Below, one piece after another: positions 29,825 to 40,510 of a stretch of DNA of 64,000 nt. The stretch's first letter is position 1. Each line of letters begins with the position of its first letter. The notes under the pieces are model-generated. The model saw only the letters and a list, made by a program, of their open reading frames with translations, searched no databases and had not been told where the DNA came from. The translations under genes were made by a program, and so were the position numbers. The DNA is from a virus. Lineage: Duplodnaviria; Caudoviricetes. The stretch lies in IMG/VR virus record IMGVR_UViG_3300036546_000248. One strand, given 5' to 3'.

Positions 29825-30169
29825 ATGACCATGCCTATCCAAGAGTTGATGACCAACACGGTGGCTCAAGTTTATTGCGACCAAGCGTTTCGCGATACGG
29901 TCGAGTCAGTCTTGAACATCATCAAAGTCAATCCTAACAATCGCACCATCGGTATCGAGCCCGGCATCGCCTACAAATATGAGTTTGACTTCTACGGGTT
30001 GTTGTCACACCTCAAAATTCCTACGAGCATGCACTGGTTAACCCTGCGGGTAAACGGTTATCGAGACCCACGGGACTACGTACACACCCATGTCGAACTG
30101 GTCATCCCAAGCGAAGACGACCTGACGTATGTGCGTCGGATGTACAAGACACGAAAGGGCATACTTTGA
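29825..30169 (+). CDS. Conserved small protein
   Basis: 114 aa; LRVNG...P...LVIP pattern; synteny. Confidence 0.6.
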   Translation: MTMPIQELMTNTVAQVYCDQAFRDTVESVLNIIKVNPNNRTIGIEPGIAYKYEFDFYGLLSHLKIPTSMHWLTLRVNGYRDPRDYVHTHVELVIPSEDDLTYVRRMYKTRKGIL

Positions 30170-30176
30170 AAAAAAA

Positions 30177-30215
30177 AACAGGGGACCGAAGTCCCCTGTT
30201 GCTTTTTTATGCCGC
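30177..30215. terminator. Bidirectional terminator with TTTTATGCCGC box
   Basis: AACAGGGGAC-CGAA-GTCCCCTGTT. Confidence 0.85.
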
Positions 30216-30216
30216 C

Positions 30217-31575
30217 TTAGATCCCGGTGGGGAACATCGGCTGTTGCATAAAGGGTTGTTGCATGGGTTGTTGGTATTGACCAGGGAAGCCCATCATGGT
30301 CTGCTGCGGTTGTGCGAACTGTTGTGCGAACATCTGCTGCGGAGTCATCATCGGCTGCTGAACCGGTTGCTGATACTGAGGTTGCATCATCATCGGTTGA
30401 GGTTGAGCCGCTACGCCCATACGCTTAGCCAACAGATCACTGAAGGAGACCGTATCGGATTCCTTCGTAGCCTGATGAGCTTGCGGTTGGTACTGCGGTT
30501 GTGGCGGCTGTTGGGTTTGAGTTTCCCACGGCATGACAGCGGGGGTTGTTGGAGCTGGGGTGTTGGTAGCCTGAGGCTGAAGCGACACTTCTGCGTTCTC
30601 GATGCTGGCCAACGCGTGATGCGCGGCGTGTTTCGGGGCGCTGGTGTCGAGCACCACCACCTTGTTCGATGCAGCAGGCTTGACTTCGGCACCGGTCTTA
30701 TCCAGCACCACGCCTTCGTTACCCGACAGGCTCGGGATCAGATCGCGGTACTTGCCAAGGTCGTTGAGTTCCTTGTCGAAGTCCACGTTGATCAGCAGCT
30801 TGTCCGCATCGTCCAAATGTTTCTTGAACTTGCGCACGACGCTATTGAGCTGTTTGGCCACCTTAGCAAACGACGACATCATCGCATGGAAGTACGGTGC
30901 GACGTCGCTGTTGGTACCGAAGCTGTACTTGTCCACGTCCTCGGCTTGCGGCAGGATGTAGTCGAACAGGGCCTTGATGGCTTTCTTGTTCTTCTGACTT
31001 CCCAGCGTAACCGTGAAGACTTCCTTCCCCGGCGTACCGAGTTGTTCGATCAGCGGGAAGGTGGTAACGGCTACGCGGGAGTAACCTTTACCTTTCCATT
31101 GACCGGCACGCTTGAGGTACATGTTGATCAGCTGGTTCTTGTCGATACCCAGCTGCTCGATGGTTTTGGTCAGGTCCTTGAACGTATTCTCGGTGACCGG
31201 ACCGACCAACGAGAGGAACTCGTGTTGGTCAGGCGTGAGCTTCTTCTGAGCATCCACATTGACGGCAATCGCCATCAGCTGGGTGGCCAGCTCGGTTGTG
31301 ACACCGAGTATCCGCACCATCAACAGCGCCTTGAGTTTGCGCAGTACTTCGGACTCACCACGCAACAGGCTTTCCGACAGCGGATGGAAGGCGATGGTGG
31401 TGTTCCAGTTGGGGTTGGCCAACACTTCGGAGGTCGGCATCACCAGACGCTTGGCAGGTTCCTTACCCACCGTACACGGCGTGTGGATACCGTCCAGGTC
31501 CATGCTGATCAGACCTTCCTTGTTGACAACGAGGCCGGCAGCTGCCAGCACGGACTCATATAGTGGAATGAGCAT
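30217..31575 (-). CDS. Conserved core protein with Q/P/M-rich disordered tail (phiKZ gp70-like)
   Basis: 452 aa; synteny. Confidence 0.55.
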   Translation of the reverse strand: MLIPLYESVLAAAGLVVNKEGLISMDLDGIHTPCTVGKEPAKRLVMPTSEVLANPNWNTTIAFHPLSESLLRGESEVLRKLKALLMVRILGVTTELATQLMAIAVNVDAQKKLTPDQHEFLSLVGPVTENTFKDLTKTIEQLGIDKNQLINMYLKRAGQWKGKGYSRVAVTTFPLIEQLGTPGKEVFTVTLGSQKNKKAIKALFDYILPQAEDVDKYSFGTNSDVAPYFHAMMSSFAKVAKQLNSVVRKFKKHLDDADKLLINVDFDKELNDLGKYRDLIPSLSGNEGVVLDKTGAEVKPAASNKVVVLDTSAPKHAAHHALASIENAEVSLQPQATNTPAPTTPAVMPWETQTQQPPQPQYQPQAHQATKESDTVSFSDLLAKRMGVAAQPQPMMMQPQYQQPVQQPMMTPQQMFAQQFAQPQQTMMGFPGQYQQPMQQPFMQQPMFPTGI

Positions 31576-33034
31576 AGTTCATGCCTCCGAGTGGGTTTTG
31601 ATTGTTTGCGACCTGGGTCACAGTTTTGTTTGCCAAGCTTTCGATGTCGCTGACGTACTGCATGGCGTAGTTGACGTTTTGCGAGAGCAGCGGGGTGGTC
31701 AGCGAATCTGCAAAGGACGGCGCACAGAAGTACTGCTCAGGACCTCCCATTACAGAAGCGAAGATGTGGGTTTCGCCATACATGTCAATCATGACACGGA
31801 TGTTGAAGTCCACTGCGTTGTTGATCGAAAGACCGGTGAGGATCTCGTGAATCAAACGGTTGATGAAACTGTTGGTGGCGAACTTGATCATATCCGGGGT
31901 GGGGAGCCAGGACGACGGGGCGCCTTGAAGGTCAACCAAGAACTCACGGGTCACCGTACGGTTGGTAGCCGAGAACGCCACCTTGGTCAGGAAGTGGTCC
32001 GACATCAACGCGGGAACTTGCGAACTGATCACCTGTGCAATGATGCCTTCGGTGTTCGACGCATTCCAGTTGGCCGAGGCACCTGCTTGGTGAAGCGGCA
32101 TTTGGAAGTTCTCGTTAGTGGACGGTTCGATCAAACTGACGCGATCGTCGAGGTTGCCATGATTCGACCCGATTTCCATAAGACACTTGTAGGTGAATGA
32201 ACACCCTTCTTGGAAACCACCGTTCTGGATGATCTGGTGCAAGATCCGGTTTTGGTTAATGCTCATCTCGGCGTAATGACCGATCGCACGATCGAGGGTG
32301 TCGCCGTACGGAGTGGCCATGCTATCGGACGCTGAGATGTTGTGGATCGGCAGCGAGCCCTTGAGCACTCGAGAGAGGTACTGGTTGGGCAGGTCGTTGG
32401 CAATCGTGGAGAACTTGGGTGTGTTCCCAGCAAAAGCCGTACGACCATCAATCACAGGTTCGGAGTAGTTGCCCGGTCCTGCAATCTGCATGATGCTGAA
32501 CACGTCCTCTGGACGCAGACCCAGCGTAACCGTTTCACCACCACCCATACCGAAGGTTGGGTTGTACTCACCCGAGAGGACTCGGTCAGAACCAGCCAGG
32601 CGGATGCCACCCTGTGTACCGAGGTTCAAGCTGAGCACGCGGTTGACGACCAACTGCATGTCCGGGTCAAAAGTCACTTGGCTCAGATTGCGGTGGTAGC
32701 CTTGGTAGTTGGTGTACCCCGACATGTACTGCTTGACCAGGCCGGTTTGATTCTGGATCTCCACCTCCATCATGAAACGCAGGCGTGGGGTATCCCAACC
32801 ACTGATGATGTTGCTATCCCAGTAAACGTCGGCCGAAGGACGCAGGATGCTGCCTGCGTAAGGGGCCAGTGCACCGGGGGTGATATGTTGACCCTCCTGA
32901 GTGACCTGACGCAGCGTGTCAACCATGTTGTTGTCCACGTTGTTGGTCAGGTGATAAGGACGTTGGAACTGCGGGTTGTGAGATCCGGTCGGGGTGAACA
33001 GAACTCGAACGATCTTTACATAACTGGGCAACAT
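31556..33034 (-). CDS. picA: Probable nuclear-shell protein import factor PicA/Imp1 (phiKZ gp69-like)
   Basis: 492 aa; second gene upstream of the small divergent gene and directly after the gp68-like subunit; positional inference. Confidence 0.55.
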   Translation of the reverse strand: MLPSYVKIVRVLFTPTGSHNPQFQRPYHLTNNVDNNMVDTLRQVTQEGQHITPGALAPYAGSILRPSADVYWDSNIISGWDTPRLRFMMEVEIQNQTGLVKQYMSGYTNYQGYHRNLSQVTFDPDMQLVVNRVLSLNLGTQGGIRLAGSDRVLSGEYNPTFGMGGGETVTLGLRPEDVFSIMQIAGPGNYSEPVIDGRTAFAGNTPKFSTIANDLPNQYLSRVLKGSLPIHNISASDSMATPYGDTLDRAIGHYAEMSINQNRILHQIIQNGGFQEGCSFTYKCLMEIGSNHGNLDDRVSLIEPSTNENFQMPLHQAGASANWNASNTEGIIAQVISSQVPALMSDHFLTKVAFSATNRTVTREFLVDLQGAPSSWLPTPDMIKFATNSFINRLIHEILTGLSINNAVDFNIRVMIDMYGETHIFASVMGGPEQYFCAPSFADSLTTPLLSQNVNYAMQYVSDIESLANKTVTQVANNQNPLGGMNYAHSTI

Positions 33035-33062
33035 AGGGGAACGTTCCTTACTAACAAGGGGT

Positions 33063-34625
33063 TTAGATTATACGAGCAGCCGCCAACTGATGATCGACGG
33101 GGGTCAGAATGTAATCCATCAAGAGGCGAACCAATTGACTTTTCACATCGGCCGGTACTGTGATCACGTTGTCGAACTCAAAGCGAAACTCACTGACTTT
33201 CTCGACTGGTACATAGACGGCCCAGTAATTGGTCGACATTTCCAGTGCAAGGGCGTCAATGGCCCGACAAGCCGCATTGGTCTGTCGGTCTGAAGTCTTA
33301 CCGCTCTGTCTTGTGCTGTAGGGGTACAGACCCACCAGCTTTTGTACCGCATCTGAACTGATGCGGCTACGGCTTTCCACGGTGAACATCGCCGACTCTT
33401 CTTCCCAGTTATAAGCCGTTGCAGTCAACAACACCGCCAGCTCTTTGAAGCCCCAATGGAACATCAAGGCTTGGGTGGCGCCGATGGTGCGAAGAAGAGA
33501 AGGTTTGTCCAAGTTGGGGATCGCCCGTGGGGACAGGACTTTCGACATGACCCACTGAACCAAAGTCATCTGGTGTGGGGCGATCGGGTCCAGCTCCAGC
33601 TTCCATGCATTGCGGATGCACATCTCCACCAACTCCGGCGGTACCGTCGGATCGATAGCATGCGTCATCTGCATGTAGTTCTCAGTGTAGATCGATTGGG
33701 GGATCAGATCACCATCCGAGATTTCTTGCTTGACCTTGTAGGTTTCAGCGATCGACATGTTGTCTTCATCGCCACCACGATCGGTCGGGTTGTGCTTGGG
33801 GTTCAGCTTGCCGTCACCGGCTGTAAAGCTGCGATCCAAAGACTTGTAGGTATTGCGCAGGTAGTGGTACACGTTGCTGATGATGCTACTGTTGACATCC
33901 ACCACCGTCACTTCCGACAACGCCACTTTCTTGACGATGGCGCGACAGTACAGGTGGTCTGGCAATTCAGTAGAACTCAGACCAAAGCACACCGAAGCCA
34001 CCGAAATCGCTTCTCGTGCAATGTTGGCTTCCACATAAGCCCGCAGACGTTGAGCACCTGGTGTGGTTTCGATCCAAGTGTCTCCAAGAAGACCGTAGGC
34101 GTATTGCTCCTTATGGTTGTTACCCACGTTCTTGTTGATGAAGATGAACTGGTAGAACACCGGAACCATCAGCTCCAACGACACTGCCAAGACGGCCAGC
34201 TCTTTATAGTCGTTGATCAGGTATGTCCGGTCCTCGGGATTACCGTCATACTGGTCGTAGATGTTCTCCGGGATATAGATGCTTCCGTACCCCAAGACCC
34301 AATAACGCAGTTGGTCGTAGGTAAAGAGATCGTACATCCGCTTTACAACTTTCTTCAACTTACCGAACAGCAGTCGAAGCTCCCCCTGTGTCCGCATCAG
34401 CTCGTAAGCTTCAACGTAACACTCCCATAAAGCTTGTTGCTTATCCGCAGGCCATGAGGCGATGAACCCATTGATCGGGTTAAACAGATTGTCGAGATTC
34501 TTGAAGCTGGTGCGATTGAGCATCGACCCACTCCACTCCAACTCCTGTCCCTGATGGCTCGTCAGAAAAGAACCGATCATCTGGGCCGATTGGTTCTCTT
34601 TCGAACGAATGCCGGCAATCTTCAT
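33063..34625 (-). CDS. Non-virion RNAP promoter-specificity subunit (phiKZ gp68-like)
   Basis: 520 aa, helical, similar in size to gp68; synteny. Confidence 0.65.
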   Translation of the reverse strand: MKIAGIRSKENQSAQMIGSFLTSHQGQELEWSGSMLNRTSFKNLDNLFNPINGFIASWPADKQQALWECYVEAYELMRTQGELRLLFGKLKKVVKRMYDLFTYDQLRYWVLGYGSIYIPENIYDQYDGNPEDRTYLINDYKELAVLAVSLELMVPVFYQFIFINKNVGNNHKEQYAYGLLGDTWIETTPGAQRLRAYVEANIAREAISVASVCFGLSSTELPDHLYCRAIVKKVALSEVTVVDVNSSIISNVYHYLRNTYKSLDRSFTAGDGKLNPKHNPTDRGGDEDNMSIAETYKVKQEISDGDLIPQSIYTENYMQMTHAIDPTVPPELVEMCIRNAWKLELDPIAPHQMTLVQWVMSKVLSPRAIPNLDKPSLLRTIGATQALMFHWGFKELAVLLTATAYNWEEESAMFTVESRSRISSDAVQKLVGLYPYSTRQSGKTSDRQTNAACRAIDALALEMSTNYWAVYVPVEKVSEFRFEFDNVITVPADVKSQLVRLLMDYILTPVDHQLAAARII

Positions 34626-34759
34626 AAACAGGTACTCCTTAGTACTGGTTGCCAGAGGATATTATACACTTATAAAAGCTTTCAATCCCGTGGTCGCATG
34701 GAGGGACGTGGGTTGGTGTGCCTGCTGCCGGACAGGCCGACAGCAGGACTCGTGGGGTG

Positions 34760-35521
34760 TTACATGTTGTAATCGTCGTCGCTGCCCCAGTCGTTACCAC
34801 TACTTGCCGGTGCGCCGCCGTTACCGCCGTTGCGATTACCACCGCCGTTGTAGCCACCGCCGTTGCCGCCACCATTACGGTTGCCGCCACCGTTGTAGCC
34901 ACCACCAGAACCACCGTCTTTGTTCTTCGGTTCCGGAGCCACGTACTCAGCAACAGCCACACCGCCGGTCAGGTTGTTGATGGTACGACGCCAGCCACGA
35001 GCGAAGAAGTTCGACGCTTCAGCTTTCGAGAGCGGTTGACCATCCGGACCCATGATCGCATGGTAGTTGGTGCCCAGGAAATCGAACTTCAGGTACGGAC
35101 GATCCTTGGCGACCAGCGCAATGAACATCACGCCTTCTTTGTCGCGACCCAGAATGGTGGTGGACACCACACGAGGTTCTTCAGAACGCTTGCCTTCGAA
35201 GAAGGTATGGTTCTTGTTGACGATCTTGTAAGCCGTGTCGGGACCCGACTTCAGGACCGCATCGAACAGTTCGAGGAATGCCCCGAAAGTCAGATGATCC
35301 ATGGCAGCACGGATGTTGCCATTGTTCTTGTCGTTCGGAACGTTGGTGTAGACGTCCAGGTGGATTTGGTTTTTGACCACGCTAACAGCCAGCGCGCCGG
35401 GGAACTTCGCACCTTGGTCGGTCAGGGTTGGACCCGAAAGGCGAAGTTTGTACTCGTCCAGGGCGTTTTTCTTACGCGGTGCCGGACGGAAATTGTTGTT
35501 GCCAGCCATGATTTTTGTCAC
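34760..35521 (-). CDS. Conserved protein with Gly/Asn-rich tail and acidic end (SSB-like architecture; about gp67)
   Basis: Two GGYNGGGNRNGG repeats, then DWGSDDDYNM. Confidence 0.55.
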   Translation of the reverse strand: MTKIMAGNNNFRPAPRKKNALDEYKLRLSGPTLTDQGAKFPGALAVSVVKNQIHLDVYTNVPNDKNNGNIRAAMDHLTFGAFLELFDAVLKSGPDTAYKIVNKNHTFFEGKRSEEPRVVSTTILGRDKEGVMFIALVAKDRPYLKFDFLGTNYHAIMGPDGQPLSKAEASNFFARGWRRTINNLTGGVAVAEYVAPEPKNKDGGSGGGYNGGGNRNGGGNGGGYNGGGNRNGGNGGAPASSGNDWGSDDDYNM

Positions 35522-35573
35522 TCCTCGGTTTTACACATTATGGGGCAAAAAGGTAGTTTTTTACCTTTTTGCG

Positions 35574-36428
35574 TTAGAACATCTTCAACAAAATCATTTT
35601 GAATTCAGGGTGAAACGGGTAGCTGTTGATACACTGTTTCATCCGACCCAATGTGGTGGTTGGTGTCCAAAGGTACTTAGACGCCATGTCCACAAACTGA
35701 CGCTTCTCTTTAATAGGGAAGGTTTGAAAGTGAACACCATCACCGAAGAGTTGAAGGGTTACGTGGTTAAAAGGCATCCGGGTCAAATCCAACCCAGCAC
35801 CCCCTGTGAGTTTTGACGACCACTGGGTGTGTGGTTTGATCTTACCGGTGTGAGACTCCAATAGATCCAGTCTTTGGAATTCGTAGCGAGACAGTAGATC
35901 GATTGGCATATGCGTCACAATCAAACTGTCTTGAGGACAACCCTTAAGGGTCAAGTCGCTGTGTTGTAAATCGATCACGCCACTTTTGGTCAATGCCCCT
36001 AGGACAAAATCCTCTTGCGACACCATTGCTTTCTGCAAATCCGTTTTGGGGGTCTTGAGAAAACAATGTTGGTATTTCTTCTCCAACCCTGCGTAGGACT
36101 GAATGTAGAAATACGGGGTACACAAACCTCGCGTGACGGAATCTAGCGACCCCATGATGACCTGAATCTCAGCGGTTAACGCATCAAACAAGTCGTCGTC
36201 CTTTATTGCATCCTTTCGATCGCGCGCTACCGCGCCGATCAGGTTCCGTAGCAGGGTGCGTACGTTGAACCAGATGGCACGATAGTTGTTGATCGGTGGT
36301 TTTGCCTTGTGTTCCGGGTGATCCTCCGACACCCCGAACGCACTCTCCAGTGCTAACGCTGTGGCAATGGAGATCGGGGCGTAATTACCCAGTTCACGTT
36401 CGGCCAGAGGAGAATATCTTCTGGTCAT
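35574..36428 (-). CDS. Possible 5'-3' exonuclease/RNase H-like (PIN-fold) protein
   Basis: WFNVRTLLRN, IVTHMPIDLL and FGDG; adjacent to SbcD. Confidence 0.45.
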   Translation of the reverse strand: MTRRYSPLAERELGNYAPISIATALALESAFGVSEDHPEHKAKPPINNYRAIWFNVRTLLRNLIGAVARDRKDAIKDDDLFDALTAEIQVIMGSLDSVTRGLCTPYFYIQSYAGLEKKYQHCFLKTPKTDLQKAMVSQEDFVLGALTKSGVIDLQHSDLTLKGCPQDSLIVTHMPIDLLSRYEFQRLDLLESHTGKIKPHTQWSSKLTGGAGLDLTRMPFNHVTLQLFGDGVHFQTFPIKEKRQFVDMASKYLWTPTTTLGRMKQCINSYPFHPEFKMILLKMF

Positions 36429-37533
36429 TTAACAGATTCTCCGCAAGTTGGTGGTAGAGAGGATCGTGAACTTCTTCCTTGAAGCGCGCCATTATCAAAC
36501 CGAAGATGTTGTCGGGGGTAATGGCAGCAGGGGTAAAGGGTGTGATGATGCGGTTAACCGCCTCACGTTTACCTTTCTCTTGGTCCATGACCTTGGTGGT
36601 TAGGAAGTGCTCGGTGTACTTCGTCTTCAGTTCATTCAAACTGAGGATGATGGGGTCCGTCTTATTTGCTAAGATGCGTACATGTGAGCCTGGCGGTAGC
36701 GCCAATACTTGCTGCTCTACCTTATCGGTGGCCAAATCCAGGCTATCGCCACTACAGTCTACCGAGACATACATCTTAGCGTTACGGTTTTCTATAAAGC
36801 GAATTTCATGCCGACCATCGGCTTTGGTTTTAACCCAGAGATGTCCTTTGGCTTCTTCCTCACCGTGACAGAGTCGATCAAAAGAACCTGCTGCCAGAAT
36901 GTTGCCGTTCTGCGAGCGTTTGTGGATGTGTCCCCCGAATACAAAGTACCGGGTGATGTTCTGATAACGGTCACATTGGTGCTTTGGGGCTGGGACGTGT
37001 TCGGGCAGCTGGTGCTCAAAAGCCCCGTGGAGGACAGTGAAGTCCACTTTTTCCAAGCCGTGTTCAGCCAACGCTTTTTGAACATCCAACCACACATCGT
37101 TGGGATCGTGTTTCCACTCATCCGGAACGTACAGGACGTGAATCCCCAATTCGGCAATGTACTCAATCGACAGGGTGTCAACGTATTTAAAGTTGGCCCC
37201 TATCGTGTTGTTGGCGTACACCATGTTCGCACTTTGTTGCCAATCATGCGAAGGTGTTCCGTACAGACACCGAACAATGACATTGCGTCGTTTACACTGA
37301 GCGAGGAAGTCGTTCATCCAACGGTCGATCAACTCCAGATTAGGATCGGAGTAATCCAACAGTCGATCAAACAGGTCCCCTGCAATGATGAACAGATCCA
37401 GTTCACCAAAGGCATCAGTGTCCGGAAACTCCCGACGAAGGTTCTCGATGATGTGGGCTGTTTCGGTGTTGTGGTGACCTAAGTGCACATCACCTATTTC
37501 GGCGATCGTTAGCTCACGCAAGCTCGTAGTCAT
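36394..37533 (-). CDS. SbcD/Mre11-like metallophosphoesterase nuclease
   Basis: DVHLGH, GDLFD, GTPSHD and GHIH. Confidence 0.88.
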   Translation of the reverse strand: MTTSLRELTIAEIGDVHLGHHNTETAHIIENLRREFPDTDAFGELDLFIIAGDLFDRLLDYSDPNLELIDRWMNDFLAQCKRRNVIVRCLYGTPSHDWQQSANMVYANNTIGANFKYVDTLSIEYIAELGIHVLYVPDEWKHDPNDVWLDVQKALAEHGLEKVDFTVLHGAFEHQLPEHVPAPKHQCDRYQNITRYFVFGGHIHKRSQNGNILAAGSFDRLCHGEEEAKGHLWVKTKADGRHEIRFIENRNAKMYVSVDCSGDSLDLATDKVEQQVLALPPGSHVRILANKTDPIILSLNELKTKYTEHFLTTKVMDQEKGKREAVNRIITPFTPAAITPDNIFGLIMARFKEEVHDPLYHQLAENLLNDQKIFSSGRT

Positions 37534-38062
37534 CGATGAAGTCCCCATCACTGGATGGTGAGGCAGTGGTTTGTGGTTCGGCAACTTTGGTTGCGTTAGG
37601 GTCTTTGATCACCCCAAAATGTCGCAACACAACACGCCATTCCTCTTTCTCCGCTTCAGACAGGGCCACTACTTGGGTCTTGGCCTTCACCGCATTACCG
37701 ATGTAGCGTTGACCAAGGGTGGGCACCACGTCGTCTTTTTGTAGGGACTTGGCTACGTGTTCGAACATCGTGTCGCCCCGATGGCGAGCCGGCTTGAAGG
37801 TAAACCGACGAGAGATCGGAGGGCAACGGAAAAGCAGTTCGCTACCACGATAGACATCCAACGGCCGTTTGACGTTGTCCGACACTTGAAGCCAAGGCTG
37901 AAGGCTCGGGCGTTCTTCAGTGCTCAGCAACATGGGTAGGATGGCTTCGCGAAAGTACTCTTCGCTGCAACGCGGCACATCACTTTGGAACAATTGGTTA
38001 AGGTCTGAGATGGCTTCTTTAACGCGTTCGGTGTTTTTTACAATCGGTTCTTTCTTCGTCAT
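37514..38062 (-). CDS. Conserved hypothetical protein
   Basis: About 182 aa from MTKKEP; GAGGA RBS. Confidence 0.6.
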   Translation of the reverse strand: MTKKEPIVKNTERVKEAISDLNQLFQSDVPRCSEEYFREAILPMLLSTEERPSLQPWLQVSDNVKRPLDVYRGSELLFRCPPISRRFTFKPARHRGDTMFEHVAKSLQKDDVVPTLGQRYIGNAVKAKTQVVALSEAEKEEWRVVLRHFGVIKDPNATKVAEPQTTASPSSDGDFIDDYELA

Positions 38063-38133
38063 GGTCTGGTCCTCAACACAAACGACTAGGGTCATACCCT
38101 AGTCGTTGTGTATAAAGAGTTACTTAGTGCGCT

Positions 38134-38856
38134 TTACGATTGTGTTTTAACCGGCACCTGGACAGAAGTTTCATCCAGGGGCTTGTCAGTGATCAGGTTA
38201 ACAGTGATGTAAACCAGCTGACCTGGTTTGTACTGTTTGGAGCGGTGTTCTTCGAGCACGGCGGTTCCGAGTTGAGTTGCGTCGGATTCGGCGTCGAAGG
38301 GTTTGTACTGGGGTAGGCCATTCTCATCACGAGTGATATCGTAGAGAAACAACCCGCCGTCACGCAGTACACACATAACCAGAGCATGGTCCGTACATTC
38401 CAGTGAGGAGTCGATAGTAGCCCGACCCTCCTCCACCAGTTGTTGGATCGTTTTAGGTTCCGGGGTGTGGGCGTGGTGGTCGTGACTGTGTTGGGTTTGT
38501 GTCAAGCGTTGACGCAGCTCAACGATCAGGTCATCAAACTTGGTACCGATTTCTTCCACCATTTTGCGACTGGCCTTGTCTGCGCAAATTTCTGCCAGAC
38601 GGATGATCTTGACATTTTGTTCGGTCACCACTTCATCCAGTACCGAGATCAACTGATTCAGTCGGATGAAAACTTGGTCCACTTTCGGACCTTGTTGTGG
38701 GAATGTGGACTGTCTCATACGAGCAGCAACACCGTTCCCCTCCACCGTTACTGGAGCAGCGGTTGTGGTTTCTTGGGAAGTAGGGGTAGTCGTCAAAGAA
38801 TAATCGGGAGTGGTCACAGGGGGTTTCCTTTTTTTAACCGTTGTTGATTTCAGCAA
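38134..38856 (-). CDS. Hypothetical coiled-coil protein
   Basis: 240 aa. Confidence 0.55.
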   Translation of the reverse strand: MLKSTTVKKRKPPVTTPDYSLTTTPTSQETTTAAPVTVEGNGVAARMRQSTFPQQGPKVDQVFIRLNQLISVLDEVVTEQNVKIIRLAEICADKASRKMVEEIGTKFDDLIVELRQRLTQTQHSHDHHAHTPEPKTIQQLVEEGRATIDSSLECTDHALVMCVLRDGGLFLYDITRDENGLPQYKPFDAESDATQLGTAVLEEHRSKQYKPGQLVYITVNLITDKPLDETSVQVPVKTQS

Positions 38857-39235
38857 TTTTCGCCACTTTGGAGTTGATCAAGGACAACTCACGACCGGCG
38901 TAATACTGTTGACCATTTACCAGCACTCGGATATCCAGCGAAAGGTCGATCAGGTCGGGTCTGTCAGGGTCAGGGGTGGTAGCTTCAGCATCCACCTCAG
39001 CACCGTCAAAGTACCGGGAGAGCAACGTCACCAACGTACTGCGAGTTTCGTCGGCCAAACGCATGGGTTGTTCGGTGTTGTTCTGGATAATGGCGGGGAA
39101 GGATGCCACTGATCCGTCGAAGATGAAGGATTGAGATTTCTCGCTCACCAAGAAATACCCCAACAACTTATCGAGCTTCTCGGGAACATCACCAACCCAA
39201 CCAGAGGCACTGAGGGAGGGGATCTCAACATTCAT
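38834..39235 (-). CDS. Conserved hypothetical protein
   Basis: About 133 aa from MNVEIP; GAGG RBS; downstream of terminator 39288-39310. Confidence 0.6.
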   Translation of the reverse strand: MNVEIPSLSASGWVGDVPEKLDKLLGYFLVSEKSQSFIFDGSVASFPAIIQNNTEQPMRLADETRSTLVTLLSRYFDGAEVDAEATTPDPDRPDLIDLSLDIRVLVNGQQYYAGRELSLINSKVAKIAEINNG

Positions 39236-39313
39236 ATACACCTCAACGAGACAGGGCAAAAAATAAGGCTTCATATAAAGGGGATGAGTGAGGGGACAAA
39301 GTCCCCTCACCAA

Positions 39314-39937
39314 TCACCAAAGTGAGGAATTGAATTTACTGGTCGGATCGTCCCGACCAGTACGGTAGCGCATCAGCAGTTCACTCCAAGTACAGAGCAC
39401 GTCAACCTTCTGATCGAAGTTCAGTTGGTCTTCCGATTTCTCATGTTCCAAGAAGTAGGTGACTGCACGCCATTCCTCGCCTTCTTCAGTGTCCTCTACA
39501 ATCCCGGACATGACGCACTGGTAGTGATAATGTTCCTCACCCACTGCATCGCCATGTTCGTTCACATAGGTTTCACTATAACCGTCGATCTTCTGGTCCA
39601 GATACGCTTGGCGTATCTCGGGCTGGGCCATCAGGAACGGCTGCATCACCACCGGGGCATGTTGCAAGGCTGCAATACCCACCAGTTGACGAATGCTGTC
39701 ATCATCCCACAGACTGACAACCCGTCGCGCGCCGGCTCGGGCCAGGCGGGCTGCGTCCTCACCGAAGAACCGACTCCACTCGTTCCGGGTATTCTGAACG
39801 AAGTTAAGTCCTTCTTGAGTTAGCATGGGGGTAATCTGCTGATGCAGGGTGTTGACAAACTGCTGCACTTCGGGGTGGGGTGCACCATACAACAATTGGT
39901 CAAACGTATTGGTACCGCCAATTACCATTTGGGCCAT
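39314..39937 (-). CDS. Conserved core protein (possibly phiKZ gp59/Imp3-like)
   Basis: 207 aa; AGGAG RBS; the gp59 identity is positional only. Confidence 0.45.
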   Translation of the reverse strand: MAQMVIGGTNTFDQLLYGAPHPEVQQFVNTLHQQITPMLTQEGLNFVQNTRNEWSRFFGEDAARLARAGARRVVSLWDDDSIRQLVGIAALQHAPVVMQPFLMAQPEIRQAYLDQKIDGYSETYVNEHGDAVGEEHYHYQCVMSGIVEDTEEGEEWRAVTYFLEHEKSEDQLNFDQKVDVLCTWSELLMRYRTGRDDPTSKFNSSLW

Positions 39938-39977
39938 GAATTACTCCTTCTACATAAAGTAGTGGCTAATGGTAATT

Positions 39978-40289
39978 TTAGATCGCGTAGATGCCACGCT
40001 CCGCGAACCACTTCTCGGTACCGCGCTTTGCCACCAGGTAGAGGCCTTGTGGGTTGGTGAGGTAGAGCGAGTAGGTGGTGGCGGGTGCAGGGACACTACC
40101 CCCGTTGGCCACTTTCTTCGTTTCGGTTTGTTCATCAGGAACCAGCGAGAAGGTATAGCCGTGCTTGGCCAGCTCCTCACGCATCTCCTTGAACTCCTGT
40201 GGGGTGGACTTAACCACCAGCAGGTAGGTCCGCGACGTATTCAGTTGGTTGTTCTGCGCCAGTTGGAGCAGCTCTTGTGCCTTGTTCAT
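39978..40289 (-). CDS. Hypothetical protein
   Basis: 103 aa; GAGGA RBS. Confidence 0.6.
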   Translation of the reverse strand: MNKAQELLQLAQNNQLNTSRTYLLVVKSTPQEFKEMREELAKHGYTFSLVPDEQTETKKVANGGSVPAPATTYSLYLTNPQGLYLVAKRGTEKWFAERGIYAI

Positions 40290-40336
40290 TCGAGGTGTCC
40301 TCGGTGAGAGGGGACTGAAAGCCCCCTCAAGTTTAT

Positions 40337-40510
40337 TTAGCGACCCCGGTGGATGTAGTTCGAGATCGTAGTCACCACAGGCGCAGGGATTGCGATGTGG
40401 CTAGAGATACTGCGGGGTTTGCGGGTGTCGTAAACACCGTTGCGGGGTGCCAGTTCATCCAGAGCCTCCAACATCTGGTGGTCCAGAATAATGATGCCAT
40501 TGAGAGCATC
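40337..40510 (-). CDS. nvRNAP beta-prime N-terminal subunit, exon 2
   Basis: DALNGIIILDH... supplies the last Asp of NADFDGD. Confidence 0.9.
   Translation of the reverse strand, partial: DALNGIIILDHQMLEALDELAPRNGVYDTRKPRSISSHIAIPAPVVTTISNYIHRGR

Noticed and set aside
34815-34915. Tandem DNA repeat or CRISPR-like array
   Set aside because: It is a coding Gly/Asn repeat with no spacers; no CRISPR array, cas gene or reverse transcriptase was seen in the window
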